A stretch of DNA of 60,309 bases, from positions 1 to 60,309 of the forward strand of contig CALKOM010000027.1 in the NCBI GenBank assembly GCA_938091905.1, given 5' to 3'. Source of the DNA: an uncultured Verrucomicrobiales bacterium. GTDB taxonomy: Bacteria; Verrucomicrobiota; Verrucomicrobiia; Verrucomicrobiales; DEV007. Below are positions 19,379 through 29,336 of the stretch, in pieces. Position numbers and translations under genes: made by a program. Below the pieces are notes generated by a model, which was not told where the DNA came from, searched no databases, and saw only the letters and a program-made list of their open reading frames with translations. Within the stretch, counting starts at the first letter, position 1, and the number at the start of each line of letters is the position of its first letter.

Positions 19379-21451
19379 CTATCCCTTCTTGCCTCGCTTC
19401 CGAAAGAAAGTCGGAACATCTAGGTTCTCTCCGTCCATCATCGTCGGCGCCGCTTTCTCAAAACGACCTCGCGAGGGCTCCAACTGCAATTCTTCCTGAG
19501 TGGTCCCCTTCGGTTTTCCCGCTGACTCGAGTTCGTCTGACTCTTCATCGGATAGTCGATTTTCTGGAGCTTTTCGCTTGGAAGAAAGCGATTTCGCTGA
19601 AGACACGGGAGCAGAATTACCCGGCATGCGGCTGGGAGGCAAACCCTGACTTTTAGGCTGCTCCGCAATCCTTTCACTTAAATCCAGGTCGTTATCTGCA
19701 TCGCCTAACTCAAGGCCTTTCTGAGGAGGCTTGGCCGTCATCGCTGCTTTCGAAGAAGCCGCATTCCGCGCAGGACGCTGTTTGTGAGCCTCATCCTCCA
19801 TCTTCAGCAGTTTCTCTAGCTCCTTTCGCTTTCGCCCAAGTTCTTCCTGAGCCCGCTGACGCTGAGCTTTCAAATCATCGGCAGTGTGTCGCTCCTTCGT
19901 AGCATCAGCCTCTTCAGCAATGGGAGCTTGCCTTTGCTGAGTTACTGGAGCCCTCGTCTCCTGTTTCGCCGCAGGTACCTTTTCCTTTTCAGACGCAGTA
20001 CGCTTGAGTTCTTCTCGGCGACGTTCGAAAGCCTCTCGTCGAGCACGATCATCCCCGGACTCTTCGCCACTTGCTGCAAGGACATCTTCCCTGGTCGACT
20101 CGGCTTTGGAAACGGCTTCTTTCTGCCGATCTGCTGCAGCCTTCTTTGCATTGGCTTCCGCCTTAGCCTTGGCCTGACGAGCCTCTTCTTCCCGCTTCTC
20201 TGCGAGTTCGTTCTCACGCTGAGCCTGAGCTTTCGCCTCCGCCGCTGCTTGGTCTCGCTTGGCCTGCGCTTCCGCCTCACGGCGGTTTGCTTCAGCTTCT
20301 TCCTCACGCTTCGCTCGAGCCTTCGCTAAGGCCTCTTTCTCTTCAGTTCTAGCTTCCTCAGCGCTTTTATCATTGTCCTCTCTCACTGATGACTCTCGCT
20401 CAGCGACGGCTCCGGCAAGTGCAACAGGCTCCGTATCACTTGCTGTCAGGGAAGACGTGTGCTGACGAAGATCATCCAACGTTAATGAGCTAATGATAGT
20501 CACACTTAACTCCTCATCCATCTTCTCATCAGTCGCTGCACCGAAGAGAATCTGGGTTTCACCACCAACGTTCTTACTCATCTCATTCATGAGCAATTCC
20601 ACTTCATAAAGCGTCATCGAGCCTCCGCCCACGATGTGGACAAGCACATTGCGAGACTTGTTGAGCAATTTGCCTCGATCGAGTAATGGGCTGCGCAGAG
20701 CCGTCTTGAGGGCTTCTTGGGCCCGATTCTTCCCCTTGGCAGCACCGTAGCCAAAGAGACAGCGCGAAATCGGTGTCTTCAAGGCCGTAAGCAAATCATC
20801 CATACCAATCTGAATTAGACCAGGCTGCGTGACCACGTAGGTGATCGCTCTGACGCTTTGGCTAATAATCTTATCGGCATTGCCAAAAGCTTGCTGAATG
20901 CCTTCCTTCGGAAGAACGAGCTCGCCCATGCGATCATTCTCAAACGTAATCAGTGCGTCAGCACTTCGCTCGAGCAGTTTGAGCGCGGTCTCTGCTTGCT
21001 GGATACGTCGACGTCCCTCAAACGAGAATGGCATCGTGGCGAAGACCACCACGAAGGCGCCTTCTTCCTTAGCGATACGACTGACAGTCGGCGCGGCACC
21101 TGATCCAGAACCTCCGCCCAGACCCGTGCAAATGAAAACCATGTCCTGGCCGCGCACAGCAGCACGAATCTCTTCTTCTGCTTCCTCCGCAGCAAGAATA
21201 CCAAGCTCTGGATCACCACCAGCACCGAGTCCTCGAGTGAGCTGACGCCCGATCTGGACTTTAGAATGAGCGGTCGAGGTCTTTAGAGTGCGTACATCTG
21301 TGTTCAGGCAAATCAGCTCGGCATCTTCCATGCCATCTAGAGCAATCTGGTCGAGCACATTACTTCCGGCACCGCCTACACCGATGACCTTGACCAGGAA
21401 ACCCTTGGCTTGAATCATCTCAATTTGTTCTTCGGTTTGGTATTCGATCAT
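19379..21451 (-). CDS. ftsZ: Cell division GTPase FtsZ (690 aa, very long linker)
   Basis: VIGVGGAG, NTD, GLGAGGDPELG, GLGGGSGSG, PFSFEG and the C-terminal peptide LDVPTFFR; follows ftsA. Confidence 0.95.
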   Translation of the reverse strand: MIEYQTEEQIEMIQAKGFLVKVIGVGGAGSNVLDQIALDGMEDAELICLNTDVRTLKTSTAHSKVQIGRQLTRGLGAGGDPELGILAAEEAEEEIRAAVRGQDMVFICTGLGGGSGSGAAPTVSRIAKEEGAFVVVFATMPFSFEGRRRIQQAETALKLLERSADALITFENDRMGELVLPKEGIQQAFGNADKIISQSVRAITYVVTQPGLIQIGMDDLLTALKTPISRCLFGYGAAKGKNRAQEALKTALRSPLLDRGKLLNKSRNVLVHIVGGGSMTLYEVELLMNEMSKNVGGETQILFGAATDEKMDEELSVTIISSLTLDDLRQHTSSLTASDTEPVALAGAVAERESSVREDNDKSAEEARTEEKEALAKARAKREEEAEANRREAEAQAKRDQAAAEAKAQAQRENELAEKREEEARQAKAKAEANAKKAAADRQKEAVSKAESTREDVLAASGEESGDDRARREAFERRREELKRTASEKEKVPAAKQETRAPVTQQRQAPIAEEADATKERHTADDLKAQRQRAQEELGRKRKELEKLLKMEDEAHKQRPARNAASSKAAMTAKPPQKGLELGDADNDLDLSERIAEQPKSQGLPPSRMPGNSAPVSSAKSLSSKRKAPENRLSDEESDELESAGKPKGTTQEELQLEPSRGRFEKAAPTMMDGENLDVPTFFRKRGKKG

Positions 21452-21478
21452 GGTGTTTGTTGTCTTGAATTAAAGAGT

Positions 21479-22711
21479 TCAGGAGGAACGTGGAGGCGCC
21501 CCAAAGAGGTCGCGAACAAAAGTGCTAACCCGTTTGACGATAGAGGTGTGGGGTCTTTCTTGATCTTGGAGTTGAGCGTATCTGATAAGGCCAATAGCCG
21601 TGCTGTAGCGGGGATCTTCCGCCACAGCGATAACGCCATTCACCGGAGCTGCACGAGATTTCACAATCGGAATGTTGCCGAAGACTTCTGCCGCGACCCG
21701 ATCGATTCCAGGGAGCAGACTCATGCCACCCGTCAGGTAGATACCACTACCGACGCGATCCAAATGACCTCGTTCCAAGAGCGGCTTCTTAACACAGTTA
21801 AAGATCTCCATCAGACGCAGGTAAATAATCTCGTGCAATTCCTCGAGATCAATCTCGCGTCCATTAAAACGAGTCTCATCCGTTAGGACAATCGAATTCT
21901 TGGAGCTCGCTTCCTCAACATTGGCGCGCCCGTAGTTCACTTTGAGCTTCTCGGCAAGATTATGGGGCACCTTAAGGACCATAGAGATGTCATTGTTGAT
22001 GTGATCTCCTCCTACCGCCAAGCATCCAGACTGGCAAACAGAGCCTCGATTGTAGAGCACGTAATCTGTAGTGCCTCCACCGATATCGATGACCAGAGCC
22101 CCCTCGTCTTTCTCCTGCCGAGACAACATGATCTGCGCAGCAGCTAGAGGACTGAACACAATGTCTGCCACCTCCATGGGCAACTCACGAACGAATCGAA
22201 TCGCATTCTGAAGACGAGTGCGAATACCGTGGATGAGATGGAAATCAGCCTCAAGCTGAGTCCCACACATGCCCACGGGATTCTCTACCCCTTCCTGCCC
22301 GTCGACAAAGTAGTGACGAATGTGCGTGTGAAGGAAGGCATTCGTTTCAGGTATCGCCACTTCGCGGGCAATCTTCTTCAACTCCTTGACATCATCCAAG
22401 GTGATCTCGCGCTGATCTTCAGGTATGCGAACACATCCCCGATCATTTAGGCTCGTGATATGCGATCCCGTGACACTCAGATAAACACGCCTGATTTCCA
22501 AATCAGCGCGATCCTCCGCCGCTCGAATAGCATTGTAAACACAGGTGCTCGCGAGCTCGAAATCAATGATCTCGCCTTTGCGAACGCCAGACGACGGGAC
22601 ATCACCGATACCAAGGATCTTCATGGCTCCATCAGCCCGCACCTCCCCGACGACGGCACACACTTTTGAGGTGCCGACTTCGAGTCCTACGTATATGTGC
22701 GTTCTTGACAA
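21479..22711 (-). CDS. ftsA: Cell division protein FtsA
   Basis: GLEVGTSKV, GVRKGEI, IDIGGGTT, GGDHINND, AEKLK, LTGG and YSTAIGL. Confidence 0.95.
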   Translation of the reverse strand: MSRTHIYVGLEVGTSKVCAVVGEVRADGAMKILGIGDVPSSGVRKGEIIDFELASTCVYNAIRAAEDRADLEIRRVYLSVTGSHITSLNDRGCVRIPEDQREITLDDVKELKKIAREVAIPETNAFLHTHIRHYFVDGQEGVENPVGMCGTQLEADFHLIHGIRTRLQNAIRFVRELPMEVADIVFSPLAAAQIMLSRQEKDEGALVIDIGGGTTDYVLYNRGSVCQSGCLAVGGDHINNDISMVLKVPHNLAEKLKVNYGRANVEEASSKNSIVLTDETRFNGREIDLEELHEIIYLRLMEIFNCVKKPLLERGHLDRVGSGIYLTGGMSLLPGIDRVAAEVFGNIPIVKSRAAPVNGVIAVAEDPRYSTAIGLIRYAQLQDQERPHTSIVKRVSTFVRDLFGAPPRSS

Positions 22712-22728
22712 ACCGTTAGAACCCTTGG

Positions 22729-23775
22729 TTAGGAATCCACACTCATGATGGCTTCAAATTCTTCTTCTGACAAACTGTTATTCATACCGGAACTGGGCTG
22801 CCAACGAGGCACGGGCTGCAACACACCATCAGAACTCGAATCATGCCGTTCTGGTGCGTAACCGACGTCGTGATAGATGACCGGAATATTGTCCGCTACA
22901 GTCAGATCCACTCGGGAAAAATAGCGATTCTGATGCGAAGCGTGCCAAATCGCATCTCCCAACTTGAGCAGCTGACCCGAAAGATTCTCCGGCTTAAAAA
23001 CAAGGTGCAATTCGGGTTCACAATCGACATCTAATCTGTAATGACGGCTAGCATCCAGCTGGGCCAACTGCACGCTTGGATCGGGAGTGCTTGATCGCCA
23101 GAGGGTCACGAGCTCCAAAGCGGAATTCACGCTGGGCAAGGTGACAGGCTCTCCAAAGAGCACCTGCTCAGACATGACATCGCGCGGCACGAGGATCACA
23201 GGGAAATCATAGAACTCGCGATAGAGCGTGTGACAACAAATGGCGACGCCATCCTCATCCAAAAGAACACCATTCTGCCTCTTATCGAGCCCCTGCCCTT
23301 GAAAGCCCAGCCACGCGACTGGCATACGCTCCCAAACCATGATTTCGAGGGTATCAGGCACCTTGCGCTGAACACGGACATCCTTGACCTGAGACCGCTC
23401 ACGCAGCCGCGAATCGATCTCTGCCAGGTCGATCTCCAACAGGTTGATCTTCGCCGGAACTTGAGCCGTCTTGAGAATCTCTTGCTTCGTCAACGTGCCG
23501 TCTGTAATCACCTGGACGTTCTTGAGCATGAACTCAGGATTATCGTAGAACGCTTTGTGCACTAGCATCCACCCGCCAACACAGAGAATGGCCAATACTC
23601 CTAACCAGCAGAAGCCTCTGATCAGACTTCGTTTGTACTGGGCCGCGCGGCGATCCACACCACGACGGGTCTCAACGGGCATATCCAGCATTTCGCGCAC
23701 TTCTCTAGCTTCGCGACGCGCTTGGCGAGCTTTCCCGCGAGAGCGTTTATTTCGAGAAATATTTTTTTTGCTCAT
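22729..23775 (-). CDS. ftsQ: Cell division protein FtsQ/DivIB
   Basis: Basic N-terminus, one TM helix and a POTRA domain (VQRKVPDTLEIMVWER.P); sits between ddl and ftsA. Confidence 0.85.
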   Translation of the reverse strand: MSKKNISRNKRSRGKARQARREAREVREMLDMPVETRRGVDRRAAQYKRSLIRGFCWLGVLAILCVGGWMLVHKAFYDNPEFMLKNVQVITDGTLTKQEILKTAQVPAKINLLEIDLAEIDSRLRERSQVKDVRVQRKVPDTLEIMVWERMPVAWLGFQGQGLDKRQNGVLLDEDGVAICCHTLYREFYDFPVILVPRDVMSEQVLFGEPVTLPSVNSALELVTLWRSSTPDPSVQLAQLDASRHYRLDVDCEPELHLVFKPENLSGQLLKLGDAIWHASHQNRYFSRVDLTVADNIPVIYHDVGYAPERHDSSSDGVLQPVPRWQPSSGMNNSLSEEEFEAIMSVDS

Positions 23776-23782
23776 GATTCTG

Positions 23783-24709
23783 CTAGCGTTGCGTGGCTAA
23801 AGACATTTCTGCGATGTGCACACAGAGTTCGGTAAAGTCGACCCCGGCAGCAAGCGCACCTTTCGGCAACAAGCTACTTTCAGTCATCCCAGGAATCGTG
23901 TTTAGTTCGAGCACCCAAGGCTGATCGCCCTCATCTAACAAAACATCCACCCGCGAATAAACCTCCACGCCAAGGGCACGATGTGTGTCGAGAGCAGCTT
24001 TCTGCACAGCCTCTGTAACCTCGGCAGATAACTCCGCCGGGCAAATGTAGTCCGTGCCACCCGCGTTGTTCAACCAGGGGTACTTGTTGTTGATATCGTA
24101 GAATCCTGAACGTGGTGAAATGTGCACGATAGGGAACACTTGATCGCCCAACACACCCACCGTGAGTTCTTTCCCCTTCACAAAGGCCTCAACCAACGCG
24201 ACATCCGTGTACTTTGCGACGTCCTCTCGGGCAGCTACCAGTTCATCAGGGCTCTGCACAATGTGAACGCCCACGCTAGATCCTTCACGTGGCGGTTTCA
24301 CCACCATAGGAATTCGCATGTCCGGTGCCGCACTCTCCTTCAATCGCCAATACTCATATGCTGGCGTAGACACCCTGGCCTCGATCAGTCGGTCTTTCGT
24401 CAGAATCTTATCAAAGGCGAGCTTGCTAGACTCCAACCCAGCACCGGTGTAGGGCAACCCTTTCGACTCAAGGATCGCTTGAAGATCGCCGTCTTCCCCA
24501 AACGTGCCGTGAATCACATTGTAAGCAAGATCTGTTGCTGGCGGCAGTTCGAAATCGGAATGCTTAACGTCCACATCGATCACGGTGACACCATCCAACG
24601 AACGAAGCGCTTGACTAACACTCTTTGCGGACACCAAAGAAATCGCGCGCTCTGATCCGGGACCGCCCATAAGAACAGCAATGGTTTTACCTGTTAGTGA
24701 ATGACTCAT
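23783..24709 (-). CDS. ddl: D-alanine--D-alanine ligase
   Basis: GGPGSERAIS, HGTFGEDG, EGSSVG, SRVD and ELNTIPGMT. Confidence 0.95.
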   Translation of the reverse strand: MSHSLTGKTIAVLMGGPGSERAISLVSAKSVSQALRSLDGVTVIDVDVKHSDFELPPATDLAYNVIHGTFGEDGDLQAILESKGLPYTGAGLESSKLAFDKILTKDRLIEARVSTPAYEYWRLKESAAPDMRIPMVVKPPREGSSVGVHIVQSPDELVAAREDVAKYTDVALVEAFVKGKELTVGVLGDQVFPIVHISPRSGFYDINNKYPWLNNAGGTDYICPAELSAEVTEAVQKAALDTHRALGVEVYSRVDVLLDEGDQPWVLELNTIPGMTESSLLPKGALAAGVDFTELCVHIAEMSLATQR

Positions 24710-24711
24710 CT

Positions 24712-27054
24712 TTATCGCACAAACTGATGGGGCTTTGGTGGCGCTTCTCCAAGGATCTGGACTTCTGTTTCCAAGGTTATGGAACGTTCCACCATGGCTT
24801 TGGACTGAATCTCGCCGATAAGATTCAAGACATCGGCAGCCGGTGCCTCACCCTCATTCACGATGAAATTTCCGTGAATATTGGAGACCCGCGCATTGCC
24901 CACACGATGCCCTTTCAACTCTAACTCATCGACAAGCTTACCTGCTGGGAGATCATCTGGATTCTTAAAAATGCATCCCGCGCTTGGCCCCACCGGTTGC
25001 GATGACTTTCGTTTGGATTTGGACTCCTCAAGTAGAGCATCGATATCAGCAAGTGCTGAGGTCTCTCCTCGAAAGACGGCCGAAAGCGCAATATTATTGG
25101 TCAGCTCAGGCACATTGCGATACTGATAATTAAAGTCATTGCCATCCTTATCCACGATTTTACTGGTTTCCCAATCGAGATACTTCACGGATACCACCTG
25201 ATCAAAAGTCGTAGTGCCCATGGCGCCGGCGTTCATGCGCAGTCCCCCACCAACGTTTCCAGGGATGCCTTCCATCCACTCAAAGCCACCAATCTCAGCA
25301 CCACGCGCTGCACCCGTCACCGCCTTGAATCGCGCACCCGCACCCGCCTCAATCTGATTGTCTTCGAGCACTTCAATCTTACTAAACGCTCCTTTCACTG
25401 GGTGAATAACGATACCTGGAATGCCTCCGTCACGGACAAGCAAGTTGCTCCCGCGGCCAATCACCCGAATGGGAAGTTGATTCTGCCTCCCGTAGCGCAC
25501 CACGGCCGCGAGTGCCTCAAAGCTGTGAGGCTCAAGCCAATACTGCGCGGGACCTCCAACCCTCAGCGTCGTATGCCTCGACATCGGTTCGTAAAGATGG
25601 CTCGGCCCATGCTCGCCTGCCATGACTTCATTGATTGACTCTATCACTGCCAAATCTTTCGCCAATTGCTTGCCGACAAGGTGAACGTCGCCAGCACCCA
25701 GAGTGAGAAATAGATCTCCATTCTTCAGGGCTCGGCCGACTTGCCAGTGAGCTTGGGCATTGTCAGACACATGAATAACTTCCACTTCTGGAGACTCCGC
25801 TTGGATCGCCTCAATAATGGTCATTCCTGTAATCCCAGGAATAGGTTGCTCGCTAGCAGGATAAATCTCGGTCACAAAGACGACGTCAGCTTTCGCAAAG
25901 GACTGCCCAAACTCCTTGGCCAAACGTTGCGTCCGTGTGTAGCGATGCGGCTGGAAAAGCACAACCAAACGCTCCGGCTTCTGGCTGCAAGCCGTGTCTA
26001 ACGTCGCCTCAACCTCCGTGGGGTGATGCCCATAGTCATCAACGATTAGGTGATTCGGCCCCGTGTATTTCCTATCAAACCGGCGTCGAGCTCCACGGAA
26101 CGTGCCAAGTGCGTCGGTTAACGCCTGAAAGCTCACGCCCAACTCATCAGCAATGGCAATCACGCTCAGCGCATTTAGCACGTTGTGCTTCCCGGGAATA
26201 TTCAGCTCCACCCTCCCTAACAATTCACCTCGGCGATAAACACTGAACTGTGAGCTCTGGGCGTCGGCGCTGACCACGCCAGCAGAGTAATCAAAGGAAT
26301 GATCCCATCCATAGCTCAGCGACCGCTTGTTCGGAGCGGCTTGGCAAACCTGCGCAGCGTTGGCATCCTCGCCGCAGTAGACCACAAACTTTCCAGTTTG
26401 TGAAACAAGCTGCCCAAAGACAGCAAGAATCTCTTCCAACCCACTGTAGTGATCCAAATGCTCTGCCTCAACATTCAAGAGAATGGCAATGTCTGGAAAG
26501 AAATTCACCAGCGTTCCATCACTCTCATCGCCCTCCGCCACAAGATGCTCTCCATCGGGATCATAGAACGCATTCGTACCTAACAAAGGAATCTCTGCTC
26601 CGACATAGTGCGAGGGCTTCAACTGCCCGACACGCATGACATGGGCCAGCAGCGCAGAGGTGGTCGTCTTCCCATGCGTCCCCGCTACAATGATGCCGCT
26701 TTTAGTTCGCATGATGGCAGCAAGGGCTTCGGCTCGCCGTAGCAAGACAATGCCCGCAGCCACGGCGGCATCATAGGCAAGATTACCAGGCTTTACCGCA
26801 GAGGAGTAAACCACCACCTCAGCGTCCGCCACGGCCTCAGCAGAATGAGGTGAACTAAAATGAAGCCCGATCGACTCCAATCGAGCCGTTTCACCCGTGG
26901 CTACACGGTCTGAACCGCTCACTCTATGCCCGAGAGCCAGGAACAACGAAGCAAGCCCGCTCATTCCCGAGCCCGCCACCCCGATGAGGTGAATGCGCTT
27001 TGGAGAATCTGGAGCGGGCTGTGCGAGTGCCTGGATGACAGCTTCTCGGGTCAC
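24712..27054 (-). CDS. murC: Bifunctional MurC-MurB fusion (UDP-MurNAc--L-Ala ligase plus UDP-N-acetylenolpyruvoylglucosamine reductase)
   Basis: MurC motifs GVAGSGMS, AGTHGKTTT, EGDESD, DDYGHHPTE and FQPHRYTRT, followed in frame by MurB motifs HTTLRVGG, GRGSN, GIPG.VGG..RMNAGA, SAGCIFKNP and HGNF. Confidence 0.95.
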   Translation of the reverse strand: MTREAVIQALAQPAPDSPKRIHLIGVAGSGMSGLASLFLALGHRVSGSDRVATGETARLESIGLHFSSPHSAEAVADAEVVVYSSAVKPGNLAYDAAVAAGIVLLRRAEALAAIMRTKSGIIVAGTHGKTTTSALLAHVMRVGQLKPSHYVGAEIPLLGTNAFYDPDGEHLVAEGDESDGTLVNFFPDIAILLNVEAEHLDHYSGLEEILAVFGQLVSQTGKFVVYCGEDANAAQVCQAAPNKRSLSYGWDHSFDYSAGVVSADAQSSQFSVYRRGELLGRVELNIPGKHNVLNALSVIAIADELGVSFQALTDALGTFRGARRRFDRKYTGPNHLIVDDYGHHPTEVEATLDTACSQKPERLVVLFQPHRYTRTQRLAKEFGQSFAKADVVFVTEIYPASEQPIPGITGMTIIEAIQAESPEVEVIHVSDNAQAHWQVGRALKNGDLFLTLGAGDVHLVGKQLAKDLAVIESINEVMAGEHGPSHLYEPMSRHTTLRVGGPAQYWLEPHSFEALAAVVRYGRQNQLPIRVIGRGSNLLVRDGGIPGIVIHPVKGAFSKIEVLEDNQIEAGAGARFKAVTGAARGAEIGGFEWMEGIPGNVGGGLRMNAGAMGTTTFDQVVSVKYLDWETSKIVDKDGNDFNYQYRNVPELTNNIALSAVFRGETSALADIDALLEESKSKRKSSQPVGPSAGCIFKNPDDLPAGKLVDELELKGHRVGNARVSNIHGNFIVNEGEAPAADVLNLIGEIQSKAMVERSITLETEVQILGEAPPKPHQFVR

Positions 27055-27057
27055 AGG

Positions 27058-28167
27058 TTACGTTTGGGCCTCCATTATATCGCATATCTTAATATTCGCA
27101 TCATCCGAACTAAATGAATGCATCTTTCTTTGCATGACCTCGTGGATGCCCGGATCGAGGAAGTCTTCTCGGATAAGACGCGCAAGTTCAGAGGCTTTTA
27201 AATCCCCTTGAGGACAGAGTACGGCGGCCCCCGCATCAGCAAACGGCTTCGCATTGAACGTCTGATGATCCTCAGCCGCATGAGGATACGGGATGAGAAT
27301 GCTGGGGATGCCGAAGTGAGCCAGTTCGCTCATGGAAGAAGCTCCTGACCGAGAAATGACGACATCCGCGCTGGCTAGTGCCTCACCCATCCGATCACAG
27401 AATGGAGCAACGTGGTGCGTGAAATCCGTTTTCTCGTAGGCCTCACGGACGTTGGCTTCGTCGTCCCTGCCTGTCAGGTGGATGATCTGGAGCGTTTCAG
27501 GATCGAGTTCGGCCAGCGCACCGGTCATGGCATTGTTCACTCCCCGGGCCCCCTGGCTCCCGCCCATCACGAGCAGTGTCTTCTTATCCGGGCAAAGCCC
27601 GAAACTAGCCCGCGCCTCGGCCCGATCGATGGCGGCTTTGAGACCATCGCGCACCGGCGTACCAACCACGTGGCAGGTCTTACCGGGAAAATGCTGAGTG
27701 CACACGTCCATGCCTACAAACACGGCAGAGCAGTACTTGGCGGTCAGCTTGTTCGCCTTCCCAGGGATGGCGTTCGACTCGTGAATAAAGGTCGCTTTAC
27801 CAAGGTGCTTCCCAGCCATAATCGGTGGCAGGCTTGTAAACCCACCCATTCCTAACACTGCATCGGCCCGAAACTCCCTGACGAGCCCTTTGCAATGCCG
27901 GTAGGTCTTCCACACCTTGAACAGGAATTTCAACATCGCCGGAGAAAGCGTTCGCGGCTTCCCCACCATGGAAATCTGTCGACTTTGCAAATCGGGATGG
28001 GCCTGGAGCGCGCGCTGATCAATGGCCTTTTCAGACACCAACAAGAGCACCTCGTGCCCGCGCCGCCTGAGTTCTTGCGCCACGGAAATCCCCGGAAAAA
28101 GATGGCCTCCAGTACCACCGCAAGCGATAAGAAACCGCTTTGATTGGTTAGGTTTTTGATCAGACAT
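27058..28167 (-). CDS. murG: Lipid II GlcNAc transferase
   Basis: GGTGGHLFP, GGFTS, HESN, GGSQGA, SRSGASS and DHQ..NA. Confidence 0.95.
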   Translation of the reverse strand: MSDQKPNQSKRFLIACGGTGGHLFPGISVAQELRRRGHEVLLLVSEKAIDQRALQAHPDLQSRQISMVGKPRTLSPAMLKFLFKVWKTYRHCKGLVREFRADAVLGMGGFTSLPPIMAGKHLGKATFIHESNAIPGKANKLTAKYCSAVFVGMDVCTQHFPGKTCHVVGTPVRDGLKAAIDRAEARASFGLCPDKKTLLVMGGSQGARGVNNAMTGALAELDPETLQIIHLTGRDDEANVREAYEKTDFTHHVAPFCDRMGEALASADVVISRSGASSMSELAHFGIPSILIPYPHAAEDHQTFNAKPFADAGAAVLCPQGDLKASELARLIREDFLDPGIHEVMQRKMHSFSSDDANIKICDIMEAQT

Positions 28168-28200
28168 AGTCAGTCCCGTCCCTACCGCAGTAAGAGACGT

Positions 28201-29328
28201 TTACAAGCGAGGTGTGATGCGGAGATTCGCTTTCAACTCAGGAGCCACATAATCCGGTTCCAGCCACGATTGTCGATGGATGCTCAAGAGCAAGCCCACG
28301 CAGGCAAAGCAGGCGATGAGATTCGTGCCCCCCTGGCTTACGAAAGGAAGGGGAAGCCCAGTATTCGGCATGATCGCTGTCGTCACGGCCATATGGATGA
28401 TCGCTTGGATGACCATCATCCCCGAGACGCCACAACCTAACAACATCCCAAATCGATCCGGGGCGTTCAGTGAAATCAGCACGCCCGCCACCATGATCAC
28501 GACATAGGCCAGCACAACTAGCAAAGACACCTGCAATCCAAATTCGCCGCCAATCACAGGAAAGATGAAATCACTTTCCAAGAACGGCAAACGCTTCACG
28601 TAGTGCATGATATTTCCAATTCCCACGCCGTCCCAACCGCCAACACCAAAGGCGAGAAGCCCTTTGCCCTGCTGCCAGAAATCTCCGTCGGCATGCTTCA
28701 CCGGGTCCATAAATGCTAGAAATCGGCCAGTGCGTTCGGGTAGACTCTTGACCGCGAAAGCAACAGCTCCGACGGCTCCGACAACACCCAGAATTAGCCA
28801 ACGAAATCGAACACCAGCCATGAGCATGACAATCGCTGTAACGACGCCTAACAAGGTCGACGCACCGATATCAACCTCTCCGGCAACCAAAGCCACAAGC
28901 ACAGTCATGCACAATCCTGGCAAGACAAACCCGAACCAGGTAGTACCTGCTCGGTCATGCCACTTCGTGTACCACGCAGCGAGAAACAAGATCCCCGCCA
29001 GCTTGGCTACCTCAGAAGGCTGAAACTTATAGCCAATCTTGATCCATCGCCTAGCTCCGTTGTATTCATGACCAATCCCAGGAGCGTAGCAAAGTGCCAG
29101 CAAGATTGCCGCAATCCCAAAGCCCCACCATGCAAACGCCTCCCAACGACGATAATCGATCATCGTTAGGCTATAGCAACCAACGAGACCTAGCAGCACC
29201 CAAGTCAAATGCTTGCCAAAGTTCGCCGTCTTCGACACCTGCTCGGCACTGAACAGCGTTATCAGGCCAAGCGCCACCAGAGCGCCAACTGCAGCCACGA
29301 GGACTAGAGAAACGTAGCGATTCACCAA
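28201..29328 (-). CDS. ftsW: SEDS peptidoglycan polymerase FtsW
   Basis: Multi-TM protein with NGARRW, QPSE, SDFIF..IG.E.G and TGLPLPFVSQGG. Confidence 0.92.
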   Translation of the reverse strand: MVNRYVSLVLVAAVGALVALGLITLFSAEQVSKTANFGKHLTWVLLGLVGCYSLTMIDYRRWEAFAWWGFGIAAILLALCYAPGIGHEYNGARRWIKIGYKFQPSEVAKLAGILFLAAWYTKWHDRAGTTWFGFVLPGLCMTVLVALVAGEVDIGASTLLGVVTAIVMLMAGVRFRWLILGVVGAVGAVAFAVKSLPERTGRFLAFMDPVKHADGDFWQQGKGLLAFGVGGWDGVGIGNIMHYVKRLPFLESDFIFPVIGGEFGLQVSLLVVLAYVVIMVAGVLISLNAPDRFGMLLGCGVSGMMVIQAIIHMAVTTAIMPNTGLPLPFVSQGGTNLIACFACVGLLLSIHRQSWLEPDYVAPELKANLRITPRL

Positions 29329-29336
29329 ACTGGAGT

